From the IMG/VR virus record IMGVR_UViG_3300011338_000730, positions 1-34,173 of that record: DNA of 34,173 bases; one strand, 5' to 3'. This DNA comes from a virus. Taxonomy: Duplodnaviria; Caudoviricetes. Numbering within the stretch: the first letter of the stretch is position 1; each line of letters opens with the position of its first letter. Positions 19,611-27,391 of the stretch are shown in pieces. Below the pieces are notes generated by a model. The model saw only the letters and a list, made by a program, of their open reading frames with translations. It was not told the origin of the DNA and ran no database searches. The translations under genes were made by a program, and so were the position numbers.

Positions 19611-19904
19611 TTATTCATTCTCAATCTTTCTTTGACAAATATGCACCATAAAATCCATGTCCGACTTCATTGTATCGTCAACTTTGCCTTCATAGTCTTC
19701 ACCAGGAAGCACGTTAATATACATTCGATGCTGAGAATATTTAGTAGTGCTCTCACCTAATAAAATATTAATTATCCTCAGTAACTCGGCGTCTGCGTAA
19801 ATTTCATTGTCGTAATTAGACTCTTGAATAACAGTTTTTCTGTTTTCATCTGACTTGTCTGTGATAATGTAACCATTGCCTACTTTTTCTATTATTAGTT
19901 TCAT
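19611..19904 (-). CDS. Hypothetical protein
   Basis: MKLIIEKVGNGYII start; ATGA overlap with upstream gene. Confidence 0.7.
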   Translation of the reverse strand: MKLIIEKVGNGYIITDKSDENRKTVIQESNYDNEIYADAELLRIINILLGESTTKYSQHRMYINVLPGEDYEGKVDDTMKSDMDFMVHICQRKIENE

Positions 19905-20155
19905 TCGTAGCAATTCTCATCTAAAAAGTTCTTTGTAAGGGCAAGAAATTGTTTTTCATCATCGTTTGCTCTTTTTCCATTTACTTTTTCTTCAGTTTTT
20001 AAATATATAAAAGCTACCATACACAGCATTTTTTGATGTTCTTCGAGGAGGGTTCCGGTTGTTAAATAAATAGAGTTATAATCTATTTTTTCAAACTCTT
20101 CTTCGAAGTCTCTATAAGAATCAAGCCATACTGATAATTTTTTTAAATGTTTCAT
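19901..20155 (-). CDS. Hypothetical protein
   Basis: 84 aa, ATGA overlaps on both sides. Confidence 0.65.
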   Translation of the reverse strand: MKHLKKLSVWLDSYRDFEEEFEKIDYNSIYLTTGTLLEEHQKMLCMVAFIYLKTEEKVNGKRANDDEKQFLALTKNFLDENCYE

Positions 20156-20313
20156 GTTTTCCTTGGTTTACAAGTACTGCAAGCCATTAAATCAGCTTTA
20201 ATCTTTTTCACTTTGGGGCCTGCGTGAATAGATTTAAAACGATTATCAGCAACCGAGACGCTTACCTCTTGAAGCTTAAAATTAGTGTCGCCACAGCGAG
20301 AGCATTCTTTCAT
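20152..20313 (-). CDS. Small zinc-ribbon protein
   Basis: MKECSRCG...CSTCK; ATGA coupling to upstream ORF. Confidence 0.6.
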   Translation of the reverse strand: MKECSRCGDTNFKLQEVSVSVADNRFKSIHAGPKVKKIKADLMACSTCKPRKT

Positions 20314-20528
20314 CCAGAAATCCAAAACTTCCACCATTTGCGCTTGTAAATATTGCAAGATTTTCTATCTTGTCTTACGTTAAAGCAGTCTTTTACGTTT
20401 CTATAAAATAACTCTTTTGAAATATGACATGAAAAAGTTTCTACGTTATAATAACAAAGAAAACTTGTTCTGTTTTCATATTTATTCACTCTATTAAAAC
20501 TACAATCAACACAGTAATTTTCTTTCAT
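20310..20528 (-). CDS. Cys-rich hypothetical protein
   Basis: MKENYCVDC...KRKWWKFW; ATGA overlap. Confidence 0.6.
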   Translation of the reverse strand: MKENYCVDCSFNRVNKYENRTSFLCYYNVETFSCHISKELFYRNVKDCFNVRQDRKSCNIYKRKWWKFWISG

Positions 20529-20668
20529 TTCAATAACCTTTGCAAACAAAATCCCGCACTAAATGCACTTAGTAACAAAATAAAACCAGTGCCGAAGCTT
20601 ACATTATGTTTATTCGCAACTAAACAAAACATTATCAAATTTAATACTGTAAAAACTTTATCAAACAT
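20525..20668 (-). CDS. Small two-TM membrane protein, 47 aa (not in ORF track)
   Basis: MFDKVFTVLNLIMFCLV...GFILLLSAFSAGFCLQRLLK; coupled to both neighbours. Confidence 0.55.
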   Translation of the reverse strand: MFDKVFTVLNLIMFCLVANKHNVSFGTGFILLLSAFSAGFCLQRLLK

Positions 20669-21006
20669 CATTCCTCAACCTCAATTTCGTGTGGGATTGT
20701 TTTTAATATTTCACGACAAGAATTCGCAAAAATAAAAGCACGTTCGCTTTCGTAAAGTTGTGACGTTATGTAGACGTTTTTGCCTTCATCAATATGATAA
20801 ACAAACTGATACATAGTTTTCTTCTTTTTCACCTTAGGAAGTGGCTCAAGTTCCCAGTCGTTTGCGAAAACATGCTCAAAGCATAAACAGTATCCGTCTT
20901 TATAACTTAAAAGTTCTACATCTAATAGAGCATATTTCGCCCAGTCTTTTCTCTTTATTTTTCGCCATTTTAAAATTTCTTCTTTCAATTCAAATAGTGT
21001 TGCCAT
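20668..21006 (-). CDS. Hypothetical protein
   Basis: 112 aa; KIKRKDW...ANDWEL pattern common in small phage proteins. Confidence 0.65.
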   Translation of the reverse strand: MATLFELKEEILKWRKIKRKDWAKYALLDVELLSYKDGYCLCFEHVFANDWELEPLPKVKKKKTMYQFVYHIDEGKNVYITSQLYESERAFIFANSCREILKTIPHEIEVEE

Positions 21007-21007
21007 C

Positions 21008-21124
21008 TTAATACTCTCTTATGGGTATTTTATTAAAATCACGAAAAGACATTTCTCCAATAGCCGCTTTTGTTTCCTCGTCGATCATAGCTTCTATTTT
21101 TTCGATTAATTGTTGCTTGTTCAT
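21008..21124 (-). CDS. Small hypothetical protein, 38 aa
   Basis: MNKQQLIEKIEAMID...; ATGA overlap with SPFH stop. Confidence 0.45.
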   Translation of the reverse strand: MNKQQLIEKIEAMIDEETKAAIGEMSFRDFNKIPIREY

Positions 21125-21897
21125 TTTGTAGCATCTTTTAAATCGATCATTGGCATTGAGCCATTACCGAGAATTATTTTAGGTAAAGCGCCATCCCATT
21201 TCTGAGCAATTTCATAACTTATCAAAGACTTATTAGTAGAAAGTGCTTGTGATTTAATTCGCATAGATTCCGCATCTGCTTTTGCAGTTAAAACACTTTG
21301 TTCAGCTTCTTCTCTTACTCTTACTGTAATATTTTTTGATTCTTGTGCTTGTTGAACAGCAACAACTTTTGCCTCAACTGCTTTTTCATATTCATCAGCA
21401 AAATCTAAGTTCACAAAATCAAGTCTAGTCACATTAATAAATCTTGATTTAAGAGCATCTTTCAGTGCTCGTTCTGTAGCTTGTTTAGCAGCTTCTCTTT
21501 TAGAGACTAAATCATCAGCAGCGTATTGCCCGATAGAGTCTTTTAAACTTCCAAGTACGGATGGGTTAATTAACTTGTCGGCGTAATTATTTCCAAACTG
21601 AATGTACAAAGAATCAATTTTAATTGGGTCTGGGTAATAAGTTACAGCATACTTAATTGAAACGCTCTGCGTGTCTTTTGTGAATGCCGTTGTCTCACCT
21701 TCTACTATTTCTTCTCTCACTGATAACTCACTAATGTTTGAAGAGATTGGATTATAGAAATAAATACCGGGAGTCATAGGCTCACCTTCTACCTTACCCC
21801 ACACTTTTTTCAAACCACGATGCCCCTCATCGATTTGTTCAATACCACAAGCAGACATTGATAACGCTAAAACTAATAATCCAATAATATTTTTCAT
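21121..21897 (-). CDS. SPFH / prohibitin (band 7) domain lipoprotein
   Basis: Lipobox LSMSAC; GHRG, PGIYFYNP, YEKAVEAKVVAVQQA, KWDGALP. Confidence 0.9.
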   Translation of the reverse strand: MKNIIGLLVLALSMSACGIEQIDEGHRGLKKVWGKVEGEPMTPGIYFYNPISSNISELSVREEIVEGETTAFTKDTQSVSIKYAVTYYPDPIKIDSLYIQFGNNYADKLINPSVLGSLKDSIGQYAADDLVSKREAAKQATERALKDALKSRFINVTRLDFVNLDFADEYEKAVEAKVVAVQQAQESKNITVRVREEAEQSVLTAKADAESMRIKSQALSTNKSLISYEIAQKWDGALPKIILGNGSMPMIDLKDATK

Positions 21898-21983
21898 TTT
21901 CTTTTCCTTTCAATAAATAACAAAACTCTATGAATAATAAATCCTGTTAAAATAATCCACGCTATCGCTATAAAAGCAGTCAT
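21894..21983 (-). CDS. Small single-TM peptide, 29 aa
   Basis: GGAG RBS; MTAFIAIAWIILTGFIIHRVLLFIERKRK; ATGA overlap with SPFH. Confidence 0.5.
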   Translation of the reverse strand: MTAFIAIAWIILTGFIIHRVLLFIERKRK

Positions 21984-21996
21984 AACACTCCAAAAT

Positions 21997-22099
21997 AAAA
22001 AAGGGCTGGCTCCGCAAAACCAACCCTTTTTTAATTCATACAACATTGAGGGTTAACATGAATTAAAGTCTAATTAAAATAAACAGCGTTTGCGGACGC
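21997..22099 (-). promoter_or_regulatory. Three-hairpin leader ending in a terminator, with complementary loops
   Basis: Hairpins 22086-22099, 22031-22066 and 21997-22032; TCCGCAAA (22011-18) is the reverse complement of TTTGCGGA (22089-96). Confidence 0.65.
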
Positions 22100-22219
22100 G
22101 ATTTCTTTTAATCATCAGTGAGATGAAAAAGAAACAAAACAAGTGTTAATTGTTTTTAAGAAAGATTGGTTCTTCAATTCTTTTAGCTTATTTTTTATAC
22201 ACGTTTTAATAAAAAGCTT

Positions 22220-22453
22220 TCACAAAAGATGAAGCTCTTCATCAAGTGCATCATGATATCTAGCTTTAAGCAATATTATTAAGTCATTTGAGTAAGTAGC
22301 TAGACTCATGAAATATCGTTTAGCTTTAGCTTTAGAACTATACTTTAAAATGCTTGGATTCTTTTTAAGAAATTCAACAAAGCTACACTCGTGTTGTTTC
22401 AATGCTAATTTCTTATGTAACCTGCTTAGTGCTCTTTTTGTTTTTTCATTCAT
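22220..22453 (-). CDS. Basic hypothetical protein
   Basis: 77-aa ORF downstream of replication genes. Confidence 0.55.
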   Translation of the reverse strand: MNEKTKRALSRLHKKLALKQHECSFVEFLKKNPSILKYSSKAKAKRYFMSLATYSNDLIILLKARYHDALDEELHLL

Positions 22454-22498
22454 AAGTGTTAATTATTTTTAAGTTTCTTCATTATTTCGGCTATTATT

Positions 22499-22897
22499 TC
22501 AGATAGTGGTGTAAGCATTTTGGTCGCATTCTTCACAAATTAAAAAAGAACCATAATTAGAATCTCTTTTTATTGTTAATTTAGTTTTTCTATCACCACA
22601 CCTTGCACATGATTTCTCTATTACTGATTGTTTTTTTTCTCTTTCGTTTCTATTCATCATATAAAACGCATCTGATAAATCGACTCGTTTCGGTTGAGTA
22701 TTTAATTGTTTATATATATTATTTAAATGTAATAATTTATTATATAATAAATTGGTGTCTTCGTCGGTCATTTTTGTGTTTAACTCATAATTATCTAAAG
22801 CTTTCTGCCATGGATCGTCTGGTAAATTGCCATAAAACCCAACCGCACCAATAGCATATTCGCGTGCCATATTTTCCATAAACTCACTAAACTTCAT
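22499..22897 (-). CDS. Hypothetical protein with C-terminal zinc finger
   Basis: CARC...CEEC; ATGA overlap with helicase. Confidence 0.65.
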   Translation of the reverse strand: MKFSEFMENMAREYAIGAVGFYGNLPDDPWQKALDNYELNTKMTDEDTNLLYNKLLHLNNIYKQLNTQPKRVDLSDAFYMMNRNEREKKQSVIEKSCARCGDRKTKLTIKRDSNYGSFLICEECDQNAYTTI

Positions 22898-23742
22898 TTT
22901 TTTACTTCCCCGTATCGACCGTTTGTATATCTAAATATAATAGGTTTATTTATATTTATTCCGCGCTTTCTAATTTTTTTAAAAACTATTTCTCTATTGA
23001 GCCAATCGTATTTACCGGAATCAATGTCTTCTTTTTTAGGTCTGTTCATCAAGATGACGTTTGATGCTTCCTGAACCGCTGTTGATGAGCCCTTTATATC
23101 AAACTCACTCTCAACTCTGCCTCCGTCTGTTTTCTTTGGATGAACAACAAGAAGGGTGTGAACTGGTATATGTTTGGCGGCTATTACAAAAGCATGGACT
23201 GCTTGGTCCATCTCAACAAGTTGATCGCGTGCATTTTTTACATCTAAAAAAAAGTTAAGATTATCTAACACTGCTATTTTAACGCCATACCTTTGCTGAG
23301 CGAATGCTATGCGCGTTATAATATCGTCTACTGAAACTCTGTTTTCATATGTAGCAAAGATAATTTTTTCATCTAAAATTGGCGAGTATTTTTCGTATAG
23401 TTTTTGAACGAATTCTAGTGAGTAATTTTCGTGCTCGTTTAGGTCAATTCCTTCCCATTGAGAAATGACTCTTTTTAAAAAATCATGCGGCCCTGTTTCA
23501 ATAGAAGCAACAAACACTTTGACATCATGCTTAACTAAGTGAGCAACTAATGACGCAAGCCATTGTGTTTTCCCACATCCAGTTGGCGCACAAAACAGCG
23601 AGAGTTCGTTTAGCCTCATACCCCCCAGGTACTCTCCGAATTGCGGAAAGAACGGCGTTTTTGTCGCTGTAGAGGGTATTAATAATTGTTCTATCGTTTC
23701 GATTAAGATTTCTTTGTCTGTTTTTGTTGTTCCGTCACTCAT
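22894..23742 (-). CDS. SF4 (DnaB/T7 gp4-like) replicative helicase, RecA-like domain only
   Basis: Walker A APTGCGKT, SIE, VLDNL, LVVHPKK, DIKGSS, KKIR; start moved to ATG 23742. Confidence 0.88.
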   Translation of the reverse strand: MSDGTTKTDKEILIETIEQLLIPSTATKTPFFPQFGEYLGGMRLNELSLFCAPTGCGKTQWLASLVAHLVKHDVKVFVASIETGPHDFLKRVISQWEGIDLNEHENYSLEFVQKLYEKYSPILDEKIIFATYENRVSVDDIITRIAFAQQRYGVKIAVLDNLNFFLDVKNARDQLVEMDQAVHAFVIAAKHIPVHTLLVVHPKKTDGGRVESEFDIKGSSTAVQEASNVILMNRPKKEDIDSGKYDWLNREIVFKKIRKRGININKPIIFRYTNGRYGEVKK

Positions 23743-24586
23743 AGTAAATTTCCTGTTCACTTGGTGGCTTGAATTTCTGTGAACTCTTGTTTGTCGCTTC
23801 GTCTAAAATTTTTGTTGAGTTCTCTGGTTCTAATAACCAATCAAAATTTGCCTTCCAGCCGCTTTTAGAATCTCCGGTATAAAACTTCTCTTTTGAAATG
23901 AAATCCACAGCAAGAGAAAACTCCTCTTCGTTGAGTGGGTTTTCTTTTCTTAGTTGAATAAGTTTTAATAAACGCTTTGTACTGCCAGCTAATTTTATTT
24001 CACTTACCTTCGCCAGCTTCTCTCCGCTTTTTTCATTCCAAAGTTTAACACACACCCACAAAGCGTCAGCGTCACTTTTCGATGAATCTGCTGTATGTGT
24101 ATTGTTTTTTGTATTTGAGGAAGAGAAAGAGTAAGAGTAAGAGGCTGAATTCCGTTCGTCGGGAGTCGTCGGGAGTCGTCGGGAGTCGTCGGTTGATCGT
24201 CGGGAGTCGTCGGGTGATCGTCGGGAGTCGTCGGTTGATCGTCGGGAGTCGTCGGTTGACGACCCAGAAGCATTTATTATTTTTGCTCCTTTTCTTCCCG
24301 CGTTACTGCGCTGCTTTATCCAAGCAAATTGATCATGAGTGCCGGCTAAATAAACGCCGCTTTCTTGTTTGATGGCCAACCCACATTCAATTAAAGCATC
24401 ATTTAGTTTTCTTTTTTGCCAAACCTCAAAAGGTATACAGCCGTCGTTTTTTAAAAAATATTCTTGAGCCACAACCCAAGCTAAAACAACGTCTCCTAAT
24501 GCTTGACTATAATTCCCGATTTTAACAACTAAATCTAAAAAGCGACTATCTTTAAAAAGCGAGTCTTCAATATTTAATCTAGCCAT
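23735..24586 (-). CDS. Replication initiator (lambda O-like architecture)
   Basis: N-terminal domain ending RSNAGRKG, low-complexity repeat linker, C-terminal GWKANFDWLL motif; upstream of helicase. Confidence 0.8.
   Translation of the reverse strand: MARLNIEDSLFKDSRFLDLVVKIGNYSQALGDVVLAWVVAQEYFLKNDGCIPFEVWQKRKLNDALIECGLAIKQESGVYLAGTHDQFAWIKQRSNAGRKGAKIINASGSSTDDSRRSTDDSRRSPDDSRRSTDDSRRLPTTPDERNSASYSYSFSSSNTKNNTHTADSSKSDADALWVCVKLWNEKSGEKLAKVSEIKLAGSTKRLLKLIQLRKENPLNEEEFSLAVDFISKEKFYTGDSKSGWKANFDWLLEPENSTKILDEATNKSSQKFKPPSEQEIYYE
24156..24260. repeat. Tandem 10/11-bp repeats inside the initiator gene (candidate iterons / origin)
   Basis: GTCGGGAGTC and GTCGGTTGATC units, about 10 in total; the 21-bp period encodes STDDSRR. 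Confidence 0.85.
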
Positions 24587-24599
24587 CAACCCCCCGGTT

Positions 24600-24723
24600 A
24601 AAAAAAAAGGGACAGTGTTACTAGCACCATCCCTTGGAATCTCACCTAACCTAAGAAACGGTAGCTAGGTGTGAAAAACATTTAATTTATTGTGGTGTTT
24701 CTTATCTGCTAGTAACAGATGAG
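24600..24723 (-). promoter_or_regulatory. Multi-hairpin leader of the initiator gene ending in a terminator, with complementary loops
   Basis: TGTTACTAGCA (24616-26) is the reverse complement of TGCTAGTAACA (24707-17), each centred on a hairpin loop; U-tract on the minus strand just before the RBS. Confidence 0.7.
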
Positions 24724-24819
24724 CATTAGTTATTTCGCTGAAATAAATTTGTAAACAAAACAATAATTAATATATTTTAACAGTGTATAAAAATTGAAAT
24801 AAATACTGATAACCGACCT

Positions 24820-25330
24820 TGATGATATCCATTTAAAAAATGGCTAGTATTATTAACATCTTTAAACCAATTAAGCATGTACATTTCAATATGACGCATG
24901 CCTTATTGACCCCTTTCTACATGGAACCGCCATTCTTCCTACTGACTGACTAAGGCAGGCTTGGTGTGCTACTTTAGTAATCAGGTTCGAATGAATATTT
25001 TGAATGTCTTTATCTTTATTTGATTGAGCTCTTCGTTACCTGACTTGTTGTAACGGCCAAAGCTAAGCGAATACTTTGGTTCATCTACTTTTAAATAGAT
25101 GCGTCTTGGTGGAGAACTGAATCAATAACCTACTCCCGGATTCCTAAGCATCATGCTCCGGCTCCTAGAGACTCTCTCAAATAAATTTAAAACAATTGCA
25201 CAGCCGACGGCGCTATTTCATAGATAGTTTAGGTTGCGGTTCCGAGTTGATTCTAACCAAGGCCAATACTGCTACTGACGTCCCTACTATTTATAATGCC
25301 GCCTATTGGGTGTTATTAACATAATCCCGT
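24820..25330 (-). ncRNA. Large structured non-coding RNA candidate (strand and ends tentative)
   Basis: No ORF in the track; at least 9 stems plus long-range pairings (GGAACCGC 24923-30 with GCGGTTCC 25236-43); recurring AGUAG on the minus strand. Confidence 0.6.
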
Positions 25331-25432
25331 ATCGTGTTTTACGACTTAACGATAAATTTTCGGAGTATTAAGAATTTAATGCTTGAACTGTGAACTCGTT
25401 AAGAGTTAAGAAGTGATTAATTCTAAATAATC

Positions 25433-25491
25433 AACCCTTGTTTAACGAAGCTTAGCCGAAAGGTAAAGTAGAAACTAGACAAGGGTTTTTT
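25433..25491 (+). terminator. Long hairpin with GAAA-capped inner stem and U-tract
   Basis: AACCCTTGTTTA / TAGACAAGGGTT + TTTT; inner CC-GAAA-GG. Confidence 0.65.
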
Positions 25492-25746
25492 AATTTAAAG
25501 AGGACTGGCACCCACTCGATAACCAGCCCCCCACCTGAAGGAAAAAACTAAGCTGTCTGGAACTTAGTTAATATAAGTTTACATTGTTTAGTTAAATTAT
25601 TAAATGAATCAGTTTAAAAATAGTGCTTTTAATTTCTGTAAAACAAGTTATTAAAGTTTCAAAAGCCTCATGTTGTATATTTTATGCTCGGCTGACGGGT
25701 TTCGAGCTTCCCGTCTGCTTTAACGCTATCCTTGAAGGGATTGAAT

Positions 25747-26283
25747 ATGTCTGACGAAAATAAATCACTGTTATCACTAGCTCTTAATCTTGAGCGACTA
25801 TTAATCGAAAATGAAGGCGAGTTGAATGATGAGATCGAAGCACTTATCAAAGTTAACGAAACCGATCTCGCTACCAAGATTGATTCTTATTACTACATAA
25901 TCGAGCGGATGAAGAATGCTGCCGCATACTACAAAGCCGAAGCAGAGAAGCTAAATAACATAAAGAAGTCTTGTGAGGCCTTAGAAGACCGTTTAAAGAC
26001 GCGTTTAAAAGAGACCATGCAATTTACCAACAGAACTGAGGTCGCAGGTTTAAGGCATCGTTTTGTGCTTACTGATAGCCAACCTAAATTAATCATCACT
26101 GATGAGAGTAAAATTCCCAACGAATATAAGATAATTAAGACTGAAATAGATAAATCAGCGCTGCGTGTTGCATTGGTTCACGGTGTGAAAACTGAAGGCG
26201 CTAGATTAGAGCAAACTTGCGCCCTCAGAAGTTTTAAGGTTAATCCGGCATCCAAAAAATCCGAATTAACAGAAGGAAAGTAA
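25747..26283 (+). CDS. Siphovirus Gp157-family protein
   Basis: KIDSY, LK.RLKETM, I.DESKIPNEY, IDK.AL, GARL motifs; start moved to ATG 25747. Confidence 0.85.
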   Translation: MSDENKSLLSLALNLERLLIENEGELNDEIEALIKVNETDLATKIDSYYYIIERMKNAAAYYKAEAEKLNNIKKSCEALEDRLKTRLKETMQFTNRTEVAGLRHRFVLTDSQPKLIITDESKIPNEYKIIKTEIDKSALRVALVHGVKTEGARLEQTCALRSFKVNPASKKSELTEGK

Positions 26284-26286
26284 ATC

Positions 26287-26931
26287 ATGAGTGTAGATAG
26301 TTTCAAAACAAAAACTGGCCTAGAATTACCAATTGTTTACTTGAAAGGTAAACCATATCTACAAGTGGCGCACAGAGTGGCGTGGTTTCGTTCAGAAAAA
26401 CCAGAATGGACGATAAGAACAGAAGTTGTTTCTACTAACGACAAGATGACTATCGCTAAAGCAGAAATAATAAATGAAAGCGGGCGATTAATAGCAGATG
26501 GCTATAAGCAAGAAACAGCTCAACACTTTGGTGACCACCTAGAAAAGGCGCTTACAGGATCGATTGGAAGGGCACTCGCTTTATGTGGCTACGGAACTCA
26601 GTTTGCTGAAATAGACTTCGAAGAAATGCCCCGTATTGTCGATGGCCCCGTTGATCCAGTAAAGCCACCTAAACCCGACTACGCCGCCGCCAAAACAGCA
26701 ATTAAACAAAAAGAGGCACCAGTGATTGCACCTAATCCCGTTCTACAACTTCAAGAAGCTGCAAAAGTAAACGCTTGGACAGGTGAGCAGATGAGAACTG
26801 TGATGATTGCTAAAATGCAAAAGATGCTAGTTAAAGATTTATCGCAAGCACAAGTGATTGAGCTTTGCGAGATAATGAAAACTAAAACATTTGCAGAAGT
26901 AGATGCTGAAATGAAAGGAAGTGTTAAGTAG
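26287..26931 (+). CDS. Single-strand annealing protein (Sak/Rad52-like)
   Basis: LKGKPYLQVAHRVAWFR, EKALTGSIGRALALCGYG; between Gp157 and SSB. Confidence 0.75.
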   Translation: MSVDSFKTKTGLELPIVYLKGKPYLQVAHRVAWFRSEKPEWTIRTEVVSTNDKMTIAKAEIINESGRLIADGYKQETAQHFGDHLEKALTGSIGRALALCGYGTQFAEIDFEEMPRIVDGPVDPVKPPKPDYAAAKTAIKQKEAPVIAPNPVLQLQEAAKVNAWTGEQMRTVMIAKMQKMLVKDLSQAQVIELCEIMKTKTFAEVDAEMKGSVK

Positions 26932-26932
26932 T

Positions 26933-27337
26933 ATGGTAAATAGAATATTGTTAGTAGGTAACATCGTTAGAAAACCAGAGTTCAAGGCTTTACCAAGTGG
27001 ACACTCAATCGCTGAGTTTACGCTAGCTCAATCAGAGAAAAGCAAAAAAGGTGATAAGTCATATTTCTTTAATTGCGTAGTGTTTGGTAAAACAGCTGAG
27101 TTTATGTCTCAATACGGTGATAAAGGCCGCAAGGTTTATGTCGAGGGTTCTTATAAGCCGGAGCAGTATACTAACAAAGATGGGCAAAAAGCTTACTCAC
27201 ATAAAATTCAAGTATCAGAGTTTCAATTTTTAGACTTTGTGAAAGATGAGCAACCAACACGGCAAAACTTTCAAGCTCAAGCGCCTTTCGTTGTTGATAC
27301 TAATTCTAACTTTGGTGAAGGCGATATTCCTTTCTAA
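26933..27337 (+). CDS. ssb: Single-stranded DNA-binding protein
   Basis: NRILLVGN, FGKTAE, KGRKVYVEG, acidic tail GDIPF. Confidence 0.95.
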   Translation: MVNRILLVGNIVRKPEFKALPSGHSIAEFTLAQSEKSKKGDKSYFFNCVVFGKTAEFMSQYGDKGRKVYVEGSYKPEQYTNKDGQKAYSHKIQVSEFQFLDFVKDEQPTRQNFQAQAPFVVDTNSNFGEGDIPF

Positions 27338-27391
27338 CATGTTTATATATCAACAAAGTTTCAATGTGTTTAGATGTCAGGAGAATGAAAT

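Noticed and set aside
24156-24260. Repeat array as CRISPR
   Set aside because: Units are 10-11 bp with no unique spacers, lie inside a CDS, and no cas genes are present.
24004-24372. Alternative-frame ORFs 24004-24273 and 24082-24372
   Set aside because: They are by-products of the stop-free tandem repeat inside the initiator gene.
24820-25330. Group I/II intron call for the structured region
   Set aside because: No interrupted gene flanks it and I could not identify the catalytic core motifs; left as an unassigned ncRNA candidate.
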